Shown in pieces: positions 12,801 to 26,430 of a stretch of 64,000 nucleotides of DNA (position 1 is its first letter; each line of letters opens with the position of its first letter). The stretch is from Sminthopsis crassicaudata (Eukaryota). Location: assembly GCF_048593235.1 (NCBI RefSeq), contig NC_133617.1, positions 476,202,958-476,266,957 on the forward strand. Direction: 5' to 3'. A model generated the notes under the pieces. It was not told the origin of the DNA and searched no databases. It saw only the letters and a program-made list of their open reading frames with translations. The position numbers and the translations under genes are program-made.

Positions 12801-13905
12801 ACCCCCATCTTGTAGATCTATAATTGCATGTCACGGACAAAGAGACCAGAAGCTCTACCATCTGGTTACCTTTCACATCAACTGAACCCAGCCACTGACA
12901 AGGCGTCACTCAAAATACTGTTTTACATTAGTTCAAAGTGATTGTCTCCATAGAGGAAGAATGGTTCAGCTAAAGAAAACACAGGTTTTCTCCCGTCTAA
13001 TTGCAGCCCACCTCCCTGAGTTTCCTTTTCCTTTTCAAAGCTTAGAGAGAAGGTTGTGCACTGTGGCATCTGCAGTCAGGACAATTTATGGGCTGTAATT
13101 TTCAGACTCTATCTTGAAGAGTATCTTATTATCATGAGAGCATCCCCTTCACCTGGAGAATTTCTCTCTTCAAGGCTGATATTTGGTGTCTGTGAAATCC
13201 CAACATGCCTGAACATGACAAGGTTTACAATGAGAGCACATAAATCTCCAGGTAGCAGGTCTTTCTTGAGCAGCCCAATGAGTAAAAAATGAAAAAGAGC
13301 ATTGAAGATTTAGAACTGGAAGGGACCTCAGAGATCATCTAAACCAATTACCTCATTTTACACCAAAGAAAAGTGAAAGCTGGGAAGGGTAAATGATTTG
13401 CAGAAGTCACTCACTGAGAGTTAGAGTCAAAGGTAGAATTTGAGTTCCAAACTTTTCATTCAAGTGTCAGTATTCATTCTACTGAATCAGGCTAAAATAA
13501 AAGTAAGATTCAAACTCATGTCTTCTGGCTCCCAATCCAGAGCTAGTCTTTCCACTGTACCACCGCCCCCTTCCCCCAACTTCAAAGGAAATGAGATAAA
13601 AGGAGGAAGTGGACTCTAAAGTTGGGTAGATTCATATGTGGAACTCCCTTTCCAGCTTGGGTGAATTGGTTCTCTGTCCCTGCTGTTCTGGGGATCCCTG
13701 CCTGAGCAAGCAGTCTCTGCCCCAAACCTTAAGCATCATATCAAAGGGAATTAAATCAAGATAAGCATCATAGGAAAGTGCAGCTCAATGAGGAAAAGTT
13801 TTTACACAATAAAGGTCACAGGAACTTCCTGGAATTTAAAAAGGGAGGTGATGGGGAGAGGAGATTTCTCCTGTCATTGTCAGTCCCAGTTCAAATCCCT
13901 CCCAG

Positions 13906-13936
<31 letters not shown>

Positions 13937-13990
13937 CCTGTAAATTTTTAGCTTGGAATCCCAGAGGCTCCACAATATTACTTCAACCTT

Positions 13991-14377
13991 CCTTTTTTTT
14001 CTCTTAATAGTATTTTATTTTTCTAATCCATGCAAAAATAATTTTCAGTGTTCACCTTTGCGAACCCTTTTGGTCGAATTTTTTCTCCCTGTCTTCCTCT
14101 CTCCCCCTTCCTCAAGACAGCAAGCAATCTGATATAAGTTAAACATGTGCAATTCTTCCAAACATATTTCCATATTCATCATGCTGTGCAAGAAAAATAA
14201 GATCAAAAGGAAAAAAAAAAAAAAACATGACAAAGAAAAAAGACAACCAAACAGCAACAACAAAAAAGGTGAAAATACTATGCTTTGATCCACATTCAGT
14301 CTCCACAATTCTCTCTCTGGATGCAGATGGCACTTTTCATTACAAGTCTATTGGAATTTATTTGAATCACTTCATTT
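13991..14377 (-). mobile_element. L1 3' end
   Basis: T-rich tail followed by the reverse-complement L1 3' UTR, ending at tgaatcacttcattt. Confidence 0.85.
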
Positions 14378-14939
14378 CAAATCTGTTTAAGGTTTGACTG
14401 ATACTCCATAATTCTGAGAATTCCTTCACCCCAAAATGGCCTTGTCTTGTTCCCAGCCAACCATGAAGCTTCTCACTTGCTGTGCCTTCTTCTCTCCTTT
14501 CCTCCCTGCTTTTCCTTTTCCTTTTTTCTCTCTTTATCCCCATTTTGTAGATGCCTATAATTGCTTTCCTTTCTAATTCCCATCTTTTTACCTCCTCCTC
14601 AAGATAAGACCTCTTTTGCTATGAAAAATGCCCAATTGATAAAACACTATACCATAACATAAACATAAAACATCTTTAAAATACTTTACTCAGGCCATTA
14701 TGTTATATCTGTTCTCTCTTTCATGGTCCTACTTTTAGGATAATAAATTGAGAACTGAAAGGGATTTTAGTAGTCATGTAGTTAAACTCTTTTCTTTTAA
14801 AGTTGAGAAAATAAAAGCTCCAGAAGAGTAGTGACCCTCTCCCTAATGTTTCACAGGTAAGAAATAGCAGAGATGGGGGCCAAACTCAGGTGTTGTAACT
14901 GTAAGTTTAACAAGCTGCTATATTGTCTGTTGGAAGAAA

Positions 14940-17000
14940 CTACTATCTCCTCACCACAAATTCACTCCTTGATCTATTAAATTCCAGAGCTTTTAATTCT
15001 ACAACTTAACTGAAATTCTTCTCCTCTAAGGGAGAATAATCTTTTTAACTGTTGGATCTGATGATCGTCTTTTTTTATTCTACTGGAACTCTCTCCACAT
15101 CTTTTGAAATTGTCAGCTACCTCCCACATGATTTTTTTTTTCCTCCCTTAATTTTCATTTCTCTGTCTTGGCTCTCTTCCTACCTTGGTTTGACCATTTT
15201 TCTTAGTCTCCAACTTACTAAATGTGGATAGACTCCAAGACTCTGTTTTGAGCCTTTTCTTTTTCTCATTCTAAATTATCTCTTTTGGATTTTCCCAGAC
15301 TGATCCTATCATCTCCATGAATTCAATTATGATCTTTCAGCAGATGGCTCTTCAATTGATATATTCAGGCATAACCTTACAGTCTCATAATAGCAACTAA
15401 CTACCTCTTGGACATCTCCACCTGATTGTCTCAATCTCAACTGTTTAAAATAGAATGTATTTTATTTCCTTCCAAGCCAATTCAATCAGACAACCACTAA
15501 AAGTGTTATCATCCTTTTAGTTCTCAGATTCAAAACCAAAGAGTCATCATTGATTTCTTCCCTCTCCCTCGCATACCAGGTGATCCATGTGGTCAAATAT
15601 TAATGATTTTTAAGTCATTTTTTTCACTCGTGTCTATCCCTTCACGGATTCATTTGGAGTTTTCTTGGCAAAGATACTGGAGTGATTTTCCATTTCTTTC
15701 TCTAGCTCATTTTCCAGAGGCAAACAGGATTAAGTGACTTGCCTGGAGTCACACAGCTCATGAGTGTCTGAGGCCGGATTTTAATTCAAGACTTCCTGAC
15801 TAGATTATAGTAGTACATCTAAGTAGGTTCAATTACATGAATCAGTGTCAACTTGAGGGGGGGGCAACTCTGTAGAGTGCCTCCGAATTATTACTTGACC
15901 TAGTGTCTGAAACCAGATTTGAGCTCATCTTTTTGATTCTAGGCCTAGCACACTATCTACTATGACATCTAGCTATCCTTAATGATTCTATCTTCAATAT
16001 ATGTCTTACATTTACCCCTTTCTCTCTATTGATATAATTGCTACCCTATTTTAGATCCTCATCACTCTTTTGCTTAGAAAATTGCAACAGCCTCCTGACT
16101 GATCTCTCCTCCTTCCCAATCCATTCTCTTCACAAATGACAAATGATTTTCCTAAAACACAGATCTGACCATGTGACTTCTTCTAGTCAAATTTTCAATG
16201 ATTCTATTGTCCCTCACATAAAATATAAAATTATCAGACTATCATTTAAAAATTTTCATAATGACTTTGATCTACTTTCCTAACTTTATTTCATGTAATT
16301 TCTCTTTACAAACTCTCTGTTCCAATCAAAATGACCTGTTAATTTATTTTCCCATACATGAAATTCAATTTCCTGCTTCCATCATGTTGCAAGGGAGACC
16401 TGCCATGTCTGGCATAATTCTTATCTCTGTTTCTTAGAAGCTTCTTTCAAAATGAAGGAAGGAAGGAAACATTAACTACCTACTATGTGTCAAGAACATT
16501 ACTACTTTACATTTATTTACTTCACTTTACAGTAACCACTTTCTATGTGTTAGGCACTTTGCAAATATTATGTCCTTTCATCTTCACAACAGCCCTTGGG
16601 AGATAGATGCTATTTTACCCTCATTTTACATTTGAAGAAATTGAAGCAGATAGTTTAGTGACTTGTCCAGGATCAAACATCTAGGGAGTGTCTGAGGCTA
16701 GTTTTTAACTCAGTCCTTCTGACTCCAAAACCATCTACTATACCACCTAATTGCCCTTAACAGCTCAGGTGCCACCCCTCTCATATAAAGTTTTTCCTGA
16801 TCCTACCAGTTTCTAATGCTTTGTTTCTTGAAAGTACTTTGTATTTTTTGGTGCATGCTTAATATTAATATATATTTTACATACATAGAGTATCCTCCAT
16901 TTTTCTCCTACCAACTATACTATTAGCTGTTTGAAACCAGGAACTGTTTAGTTTTTGCCCAGTGCTTACACAAAGCAGATGTTTAATAAATCATTACTGA
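14940..17000 (+). mobile_element. Long L2 remnant interrupted by MAR1 and MIR insertions
   Basis: L2 motifs (ctccatgaattcaattatgatc; acagatctgaccatgtgact; 3' end gcttacacaaagcagatgtttaataaa). Confidence 0.7.
15610..15975 (-). mobile_element. MAR1-type SINE with an internal ~100-bp insertion
   Basis: gttttcttggcaaagatactggagtg...gagtgtctgaggccggatt, then foreign sequence, then tagtgtctgaaaccagatttgagctc. Confidence 0.7.
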
Positions 17001-18279
17001 TTTTTTTTAACTCTATGACTTCCTTGGCCAACAGGTATCATAACATTTAGATATAGATAAATAACTAGACTTTTCATTTTAGGCAAGTTAAGACCCTGTT
17101 TAGGGTCTCAGAGCTAGTAAAAATCAGAACAGAGACTTTACCATTTCATTATTAACAAATTAGAGATAATTATATTCACACAACCTAGATCAGAGGATTG
17201 TTGTATATAAATATAAATTAAGCTTATCTAAGGGGCTATAAGTTCTTTAAAAGAAAGAACTATTTCTCGTTTAAATGAGGAATATCACCAGCACCTAGAA
17301 CAGCTACTTAGAAGGAATGCTTTATAAATTTTGAAGAAATAAAATGTTAAAAAAATATTTAACAAGCAAAAGAGATATATTACTCCCTCCCTCCTTAGGG
17401 CATCATCAGTCAACATTTCTGACATGCAAGGAGGCTGGGGGAAGGGGAGAAGGAGTGCTTCCAGATATTTTTCATGATGATAGGGTACTTCCCCACCCCA
17501 TTTCTGAGCATGTGCAAGGATCTTCTGACTGCTTACTGCCAATCATGATGACTCAGGGAGTCATACTTCATAGTGATGAAAAGTCTGTTAATTGGCTGCT
17601 GAACTCTGTGAATATAGTAAAAGGGAGATTCCCCACCCCCAAAACCTCTTTTATTGTGAGCCTTGAAGTGCAAAGAGGACAACTTTCTTAGCTTTCTGGA
17701 GGGTCTAGTGCCAGTAGGGAGTGCATTTCCCCCTACTGCCAAAATCCATGAGCTCATGGCCTCTTAGGCAAGCCCGTGCCTGTGATGGGGCCACTTCCTA
17801 TTTGAATTTCCTTTTCTTTAGAACAGGGTCTTATGAAATCTCAAAAGGCAGCTGGCAAATTTTAATAATAAAATAGTGTCACCAAGTGTCAGACATCTTA
17901 CAAATATTTCATTATATATTCACAACAACCCTGAGCACTATTATTATCTCCATCTTACAGGTAAGAAACTGAGGCAAATGACTTGCTCAAGCTAGGAAGT
18001 AAGTAATAGTGTCTGAGGGTGGATTTGAACTCAGATGTTCTTGACTCCAAGCCCAGAGCAGCAAGCTCATGGTTCCCGAAGTAATGACCATGTTAAGGAT
18101 AACTGGCAGAAAGGAAAAGAGATGCCTGCAGAAAAAGAAATAGAAAGAAAGAGGACTGCTCGGTGTTGATTAGACTAGCAGCTTTCTCAGGTCGACTATT
18201 TTAAAAATTCTCAATTTCCCCCTCAAACAGTATTCCTAAGATTAGTCACATCAAATGAGTTTTAAATATTAACCTCTAG

Positions 18280-18500
18280 TTCAGAGCTGTTACACTTGAG
18301 CAAATTCTATATGTGGGTTATGAACTAGATTAAAATGTAATTAGGAAATGTTGAGAGACAGACAGATAGAGACAGAGAGAACAATCAGAGAGATAAAGAG
18401 AAATAAAAATGCAATAAAACATAGCTAATATTAAACTGTGGTTTTCTAAGTCAATATTTGGCCAGCAGGGATCCCACTACTGTAGACTAGTAGGGATAAG
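18280..18500. mobile_element. Non-autonomous DNA transposon remnant (hAT-like)
   Basis: ctagattaaaatgtaattaggaaat...tgtggttttctaagtcaatatttggccagcagggatcc. Confidence 0.5.
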
Positions 18501-19898
18501 TCACTACATTCTGTTCTGATCACCTTATAATTTCTTTTGCTATGTGGAAATAAAACTCACCATTCAATGTTTAATTAATATCTGTATTCTGAGATACTTT
18601 GGTACTTTCTCCAATGCTGGAGAAAATTCTAGATTACAGCCAAAGATGGACCTGTCCCTTGAGACTCTTATGTGGAGGATGAAACAAAGCACTGAGGAGT
18701 TTAATTCATTTATTGAGCTGACAGGTGGACACCAAGCAAGGTATAAGGATAAGGATAAATTCAATTTACCAGCCTCGGGGATACTTGGCTAGCCACTGTA
18801 CTAGATGGTTAATATATATTATTTTTATGTGTGTGTTATCTTGTTTTCCCAAATAGAATATAAGATTTTGAGGGTGTCATATTCACAACTAATCAAAATC
18901 AAAATGTTTGCTGAGTATCTGTCATTTGCAGGGAACTATGAGAGTTACAGTTGTGTTTCCCTGTGTAATTTGGATTGCTAGTTTCAAATGACTCATTCCA
19001 GGCCTCCATTCTTTTCAGGAAAAGCCTCCTATCTGGACTCTATGTGCCTCTTTGATGTGTTACTTATTTAGGCTCCCAGGCTGCTTCAATTCTTTGCTAA
19101 AAAGTTTCAACCTGGCATCAAAAGTAGAAGGAAGCGGTTTTATTTCCCAGCAAATGCCAACCGGTTGTGGGAATGCTGATTAAGCCCTGTGGACCACATC
19201 ACAGAGCAATTATCTTCCTCTACTTGTTTCTGAAATCACCCCTGTGATTTTCAAATAGCTAGAAGGATCCTAAAACCTCTCATTGTTGGGTCCTCAGTAC
19301 CCTTTAAAACAAAAAGCCTCTTTGGTCAGTGTCTTTTATTTATAGCAGGGGGCATGTTATCCGTAATGGAAAAGTCTTCACTATCACATGGCTTAACTTG
19401 GGGAAGATAAGCCTAAACTATGTTTTAGAACCATTACCCAATATCTCTTCCATAGCTATGCTTGCACAGTCCTGCATCTTGTGTTTGAAAGTGATTTAAA
19501 AAAGAAAATAAAAGCAATAATAGAGACCAGAAGGGCTATTCCTGGAGGTCATTCCAGAAATATGTGAGCTGGGGTCTGCTAAATTAAAAAAAAAAGTTAA
19601 AAATAAATCATTAAAGAAATCACTGAAACAAAGAGACCTGAAGGACATAATCTTCAGATCTTGTAGGGGCCCTCTATGTTTCAGGACTGCTACTAAGATT
19701 TTTGGCTTTTCCATCAGATCCAAGGGAACCATCTTATCCCTCTCTACAAGGTAGTCAGGACTACTCAGGTTATCTGCTGGCCCTGCAAAAGAGGCAGCAG
19801 CTTTATCAGCAGGAAGCAGACCAGGAAGGGGCAGTTCTGAAGCCTCAACAAAACCAGAGGCAAAAGCTCATCTTTAAGACTAAAAGTATCCCAGGGGA

Positions 19899-20053
19899 TT
19901 TTTTTCTCCATTTTTTGGGGGCAGGGGGAGACAACCAAAGCCAAGTGACTTGCCCAGAGTCACATAACCAGTAAATATCTGAGGCCACATTTAAACTAGG
20001 GTCCTCCTAATTCCAGGACCAGTGCACTATCCACTGTACCATCTAATTGCCCC
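19899..20053 (-). mobile_element. WSINE1/MAR1-type SINE
   Basis: aagtgacttgcccagagtcaca...gcactatccactgtaccatctaattgccc. Confidence 0.8.
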
Positions 20054-20943
20054 TGGGATGGGATTTTAACACCTTCATAATTTAATATTTGTACATAATT
20101 GCCTTTTTGGTAAAAGTTGGGTCCTGGGGAGAATGAAAATTTTCCCTCTCCTCCCCACCACAATAATACTTGGATGTCTAACCATTAGAGATATACCCTT
20201 TTGTTACACATTAGTCTATTGGACAGGGGTTTAGTTGCAGAAATGCAGAACAAAATATTTCTGAGAGCCTTTTTTGATATACATTCAAGCATCAGGATAA
20301 TCTGAATGGCTCTGGTATTAGAAATCTGGTGTATAATGAGCATTAAAAGAAATCTGCTCATCTCAACCTAAATATTAAGTGGGTCTGGGGGAATTTCCAT
20401 GGAATGAGGATGAGGTTATTTAAAAAATGATTTGAACTTCAGGGACATGTTTCTTTAATGAGAAATGTGGGTGTGGGCCTAACCACGAAGAGAGCTAAAA
20501 ATGTATGGATTAGCTTTGGATATGCATTGACCAGGGCCATCTCACAAAAGAGCATATGCCATTTGAGGAAAAGAAATCCCAGAAGCAGTTGTTAACAAAA
20601 ACAGCTCAATGAAGAAGCAAATGACAGCAGCAGGGCTGCAGAGGAGTAACAGGCAAGACAACTTCAACAAAAGAGAGTTTAAGCAAAGTAGAGTAACACT
20701 GAAGTATACAGCCTGTTACTAGTGTCCAAAATCACATAATCCTAGGATAGTGAGCTCCCTGGGAATAACAGCAACAAGCATTTATATAGTAATTACTTTG
20801 TGCCAAACATTATGCTAATTACTTTATAATCATGATCTTATTATCTCACTATATTAACATTAATTACACAGATATGAAAGCTTTGATATTTTTAGTTTTG
20901 ATAATAGCATTAACTTTTTTAAAAGTTTTTTTATGAATTTTCT

Positions 20944-21092
20944 TTTTTTTTTTTCCCCCCCTGAGGCTGGGGTTAAGTGACTTGCCCAGGGTCACACAGC
21001 TAGGAAGCATTAAGTGTCTGAGACCAGATTTGAACTCCAGTCCTCCTGAATTCAAGGCTGGTGCTCTATCCACTGCGCCCCCTAGCTGCCCC
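20944..21092 (-). mobile_element. WSINE1 (young)
   Basis: Intact reverse WSINE1 with its CpG retained; TSD ATGAATTTTCT (20933-20943; 21093-21103). Confidence 0.92.
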
Positions 21093-21889
21093 ATGAATTT
21101 TCTCTCAAAAAATGAATCAATTTTATACATTCTTATATTGTTTTTCAATATACTCTATGTACTCGAACAGTTAAAATATCGTCCATGATAAATAAAACCA
21201 GTATAATCTGAAATCATTAAATATGAACGAGCAAAATTTTAGGAGATGAAAACTTTTCAAGAACATATTTGATTTTCTTCTAGGCATTGTTATAATAATT
21301 TCCTCACAACCTAAGAGTTAGATACTATTATTGTTCCCATTTTGTAGATGAGGAAACTGAGGCAGCAGTGAAGTGACTTGTCCAGGATCTGAAGCTAATG
21401 TTGCACTCAGGTCTTCCTCACTCCAGGCTTTGTGTTGTATTCACTGTGCCACCTAGGAAATGTTTGCTTTCCCACCAATAGTGTCAGAATTTATAAGAGT
21501 GAATTTATTTTAGTGAAGGGGGAAATGATGATATTATTTACTTTACCACTTTATTTTAATTAAATGCATTTTACTCTGATTTCACATAATCTGGGTTTAT
21601 CTAAACAAAAAGTCAGGATAGAGTGTCCAAACCATGGATTTAAGTATATACTCATTCAAAAAGAGTGCATTAAACCTGTGAAAACAGAGGGGGTTCCAAG
21701 GGCTATGTAGGGCAGCATAATGGACTTTAGTTATATATGTATTATTTTACTACTTAAAAAGTGTTTTCCATGTAACAACCTTGAAAATTATGTTGTGCTC
21801 ATATTATTATCCTATTTTGCAGATGAGTCTCACAAAGGCAAAATGCTTTAACCAGAATCACATAGTTATAAAGGACCAGGACCAGAGAT

Positions 21890-22110
21890 GTATTAGTTCT
21901 CTGATGGAAAAATGTATAAATGTTAAAATATTAAATATAATGTATTTGGTTCACATTTTCTCCATCACTTTCTTAAATCTAGATCATCAACAAAACATTA
22001 AAACCAGTTCTGATTTTTAGCATTTACCAATCTTGGAATTGTAAATGCTTCCACTGAAAATTTAACAATCAGCTCTTGAAATCTGGTACAAGCCAACTAC
22101 AGAACACTTC
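21890..22110 (-). mobile_element. MER63-like hAT remnant nested in a MIR
   Basis: ctgaaaatttaacaatcagctc...ctggtacaagccaactacagaacac resembles the reverse complement of the MER63 terminus; MIR sequence resumes afterwards. Confidence 0.65.
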
Positions 22111-22764
22111 CAGAGCCAATATTTGAATCAAGGTCTCTTGGCTCCAAATTCAGTGCCCTTTCAATCATAGCATACTATTAATGCTTCAATAAGAATGAAT
22201 TTAATCATCTTTTTTTTGCCTCTGTTCTCTAGAGAAAAGTGAGGTATACAGTGAAAGAGAAGAGAGCATTGAAAATGGAATGGAGGGACACTGAAAACAA
22301 ATCTCACAACCTCTTCCTGTTCAGGCTTTGCCTCTCAGGTTGAAATCTTGTAAACTCTGATTCTTCTGTATGAAGTTTTATAGCCAAATGACAAATCCCT
22401 CCAAAGAGAAGTTTATAAGGGCAATATTGGAGCCCTGAACTAACTCAAGAAGCAGGTCTATAATTATGGAAAGAGAAATTCTGTAGCAATCAACTTCTAA
22501 TCCAGAAGCAAATAAATGCTTCTCACACATGAAAAGAAAGGTGTTAAGTGACTTCATTAATGATAATCAGAATTGAACTTCATTCTAACTAAACTCTCTA
22601 AGAGGAGTTGGTCTTCATAAAAGTTTTCAAAGTCCACTCTCTTATGATTTGGAATTAGGCTTTATTTTAGAAACTGCTGGGCAACCAACATTGAGGAGTT
22701 GTTGCTTATCTCCTGTAGATTCAGAGAATCTTGGAAACAGAGTAGGAAGATTGAGGCTTCACGG

Positions 22765-22870
22765 GCAGCGAGATGGGCCTAGAATCAGGAAGATTCTGAG
22801 TTCAAATACGACCTCAGATGTTTACTAGCTGTGTGATATGAGGCAAGTCATTTAATCCAGATTGCCTTTG
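22765..22870 (+). mobile_element. Short CORE-SINE directly 5' of the L1
   Basis: gggcagcgag...tgagttcaaat...ctagctgtgtga...ggcaagtcatttaa. Confidence 0.75.
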
Positions 22871-22886
22871 AAAAAAGAGAGAGATG

Positions 22887-23976
22887 CATTCCTAAATATA
22901 TAGAGAACTGACTCAAATTAATAAAAAATCAAGCCATTCTCCAATTGATAAATGGTCAAAGGATACAAATAGGCAATTTTCAGATGAAGAAATTGAAACT
23001 ATTTCTAGTCATATGAAAAGGTGCTTTAAATCATACAAATTAAGACAACTCTGAGATACCACTACACATTTCTCAGGTTGGCTAAGATGACAGGAAAAGA
23101 TAATGATGAATGTTGGAGGGGATGTGGGAAAACTGGGACACTGATGCATTGTTGGTGGAGTTGTGAACTGATCCAACCATTCTGGAAAACAATTTGGAAC
23201 TATGCTCAAAGAGCTATTGGACTGTGCATACCGTTTGATCCAGCAGTGTTACTACTGGGCTTACATCCCAAAGAAATACTAAAGAGGGGAAAGGGACCTG
23301 TGTGTGCCAAAATGTTTGTGGCAGCCCTTTTCATAGTAGCCACAAACTGGAAATTGAATGGATGCCCATCAATTGGAGAATGGCTGAGTAAATTATGTTA
23401 TATCAATGTTGTGGAATATTATTGTTCTGGAAGAAACAACCAGCAAGATGATTTCAGGGAGGGCTGGAGAGACTTACATGAACTGATGCTGAGTGAAATA
23501 AGCAGAACCAGGATATTATTATACACGGCAACAATAAAACTATATGATGATCAATTCTGATGGATGTGGCTCTCTTCAACAATGAGATGATTCAAACCAG
23601 TTCCAATTTTTCAGTGATGAAGAGAGTCAGCTACACCCAGAGAGAGAACTATGGGAAATGAGTGTGGGCCACAACATAGCATTTTCATGCTTTCTATTAT
23701 TGTTTGCTTGCATTTTGTTTTCCTTCTCAGTTTTTTTTCTAGATACAATTTTTCTTGTGCAGCAAGATAACTATATAAATATGTGTACATATATATAGTA
23801 TATATTGGATTTAACATATATTTTTAACATATTTAACATGTATTGGGCTACCTGTCATCCAGGGGAAGGGATGGGAGGAAGGAGGGAAAAATTTGGAACA
23901 GAAAGTTTTGCAAGGGTCAATGTTGAAAAATTATCCATGCATATGTTTTATAAATAAAAAGCTTTAATTTAAAAAA
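22887..23976 (+). mobile_element. 5'-truncated L1 with ORF2 C-terminus and 3' UTR
   Basis: ORF 23078-23560 (CWRGCGKTGTLMHCWWSC...CPSIGEWL...LHELMLSE) is the L1 ORF2p cysteine-rich C-terminus; marsupial L1 3' UTR, AATAAA and A tail; approximate TSD AAAAAAGAGAGAGATG/AAAAAAGTGAGAAATG. Confidence 0.93.
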
Positions 23977-24619
23977 GTGAGAAATGGTATAAAATATTGC
24001 ATATGCCCGAGATATGACAAATGTGTTGTTTAGTTTTTCTAAATTGTTCTTTTTCTTTTAATTTTAAATCTTTGTTATAAGCAATGACTCACTAGATAGG
24101 GGAAGAGCAGAAACATATTCATAAATGAAAAAGATTGAAAACAAAAGATGTCTTTAAAAATGTGGGGAGGGAAAGGATGTAATGTGGATTTTAAAAAGAT
24201 TTGTGCTTTTATTGGTGTAGAAAATTTTCAGTGATTAAACTCTTTCTATCCATCTATACAATCTATAGTATGCAATATATAATATATAATCTGCAATCTA
24301 TAGTGCTAGACAGTTATCTGGGTACCCAGAGATGAAGTAACTTATTTAGTCTCTGAGTTAAGGGGTAGAACTTGAATCCAAGCCTTCTTGTCATTGAGAC
24401 TAGCTCTCTGTTTGCTACACCATACTTGTCAAGCAATGAAAATATGTGCATGTATGTATTTAAATGATTTAATGCTTACTTGTTTGTAATACTATGCTCA
24501 GGAATGGGAATAGGAAGGGAAAAGCACATTCCCTGCCCTCAAAAAGCTTACATTCTTCTGGAATTTATTTTCTACTATTCAGTCCTTCAAATATTTGAAT
24601 ACAACCATCATGATGCTTG

Positions 24620-24800
24620 GAAGCTAGGTGGTAAAGTGGATAGGGGGCTGAGTCTGATGTCAAGAAGACTCATCTTTCTGAGTTCAAATCTGGCTTCGGA
24701 CACTTATTAGCTGTGTGATCTGGGAAAATCATTTAACCCTGTTTGTCTCAGTTTCCTTATATGGAAAATGACAAACCAAACCAGTATCTCTGCCAAAAAA
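24620..24800 (+). mobile_element. MAR1-type SINE
   Basis: gctaggtggtaaagtggatag...tgagttcaaatctggcttcggacacttattagctgtgtga. Confidence 0.8.
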
Positions 24801-26164
24801 AACCTTTTTTGCATTTGCATTTCTCTGATTAATAATGACTCTCTTCAACATTTCTTACAATATCATAGTATTGTGTTACATTTGTAGATCATAATTTGTT
24901 TGATTATTCCCTGTTTGGGGGAAAGAATAAGCATCTCTATAATGCCTACTAAATGTCAGATATTCTGCTCAGTACATTACATTTATTATCACATTTGATC
25001 TTCACCAGAACTCTGTGAGGTAAGTGCTATTATTATCTTGATTTTGCTGAAAAGGAAACTAAAGCAGGAAGAATTTAAATGACTCCTCCAGGACCACACA
25101 GCTAGTAAGTGTCAGAATCTGGATTTGAACTCAGGTCTTGCTTACTCCAATTCTAGCACTCTATCTGGTCAACACAAAAAGGGCTGCTATAAATATTTAG
25201 GTAGATATGGATCCTTTCCCTTCATGAATAGTCCAAATGCAACAACCTACCACCTCTTCTCCACTCTTCACCCATTACATCCTTAATTGCTTCCAATTTT
25301 TACCTTTGTCCCCTGTCTACCCTGTTGAGTTGGAACAGTCTGCTTTGGGCAGGCTCTCCCTGGAGGCACCCCCAGTTTTGACTGAGTTATTGAAGAAATA
25401 AGGACCAAAGCTCCAGTCCAAAAGGTATCTTTCCTTCCCATAGCAGACACAGCTAACTATGCTAAACATCAAATTGCAGAGAGGTGGAAAACATGGAGAC
25501 TTCACGGAGATTCACACCCGCCCTCTGGCCCTTTGCTTTAAGCTGAGCCAGGCAGCAATTGCAGAAGCAAAAATGTCAGGGTCTCCAGGGCTGGGCCTGA
25601 ATTTTCTTTGGAGCCTGCTCCAAATCTGATTTTTTCTAAAACTGTCCTGGGCAACTCACCATCTACTCACTGAAGTCTTTCTGCTAGCCCTTCACCCTGA
25701 CTTGGAAGTACCCACACTGCTAAGGTAAGAAGGTAAATTCAGCCCCTGATCTTGTCCAGGCTTAATATCCCTTTTGAGTCAAAGCTGCCAAATGTGGTTC
25801 TCTGCATGCCTGAGTGGTGGTTTTGAAATCTGATCAACTGCCTACTAGGCTCTAAGCTATGATCACTGAACTTGACTAATTCCTGACCATTCCAAAATCC
25901 TTTGAGATGAAATAAAACAAACTGGAAAGGAAGGAAAAGAACAGTCTCTACCCAGATCTTGGGATCATTAATTTAGATCTGGAGTATATCAAGTCCAACT
26001 CTCTCATTTTACAAATGAGGAAACTGAGGCACAGAAAGGTTAAAGAGTCATCCAGTAAGTAAGGCAAGATTTGAACCATGGAATTCATGATTACAAATTC
26101 ATTGCTCTTTCCTGTATAACCTGCTACCACTAGTGCCTCTTCTATTATTGTTTTTTTTTTTTTT

Positions 26165-26430
26165 TCTTACTTAGCCTTAATTACCCATTGGGCATTGCTT
26201 CAGTCAAATTGAGACCTGTGAAAGACCTTAGATGAAAAAGGTCATGATCTCCCACTGCGTCCAGGACCATCTCCAGTCATTCTGATCTATCTCCTGCCAC
26301 TGGCAGATTGGTTCTGGAGGGGAAAGTGAGGCAGGTGACCTTGCACAGCCCTCCCTAACTTAAATCTTACTCACTTACATGTCATGGCATCCCCTCCCCA
26401 ATGGCATAATTGTCTTCCAGAGCAAAGGAC
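26165..26430 (+). mobile_element. RTE-derived marsupial SINE (WALLSI/RTESINE-like)
   Basis: ccatctccagtcattctgatc...gaggcaggtgaccttgcacagccctccctaacttaaatc...gtcatggcatc, typical of the 3' end. Confidence 0.75.

Noticed and set aside
12364-12885. Long ORFs (173, 113 and 62 aa) rich in CV/LS
   Set aside because: Translations of TC/TG microsatellite sequence that lacks stop codons.
23078-23560. 160-aa ORF as a host gene
   Set aside because: It is the L1 ORF2p C-terminus of a 5'-truncated retrotransposon.
25660-25730. Strong donors on both strands (AAG|GTAAGA plus; ATG|GTGAGT minus)
   Set aside because: The candidate exons are short, mostly contain stops or give unrecognisable peptides, and point in opposite directions.
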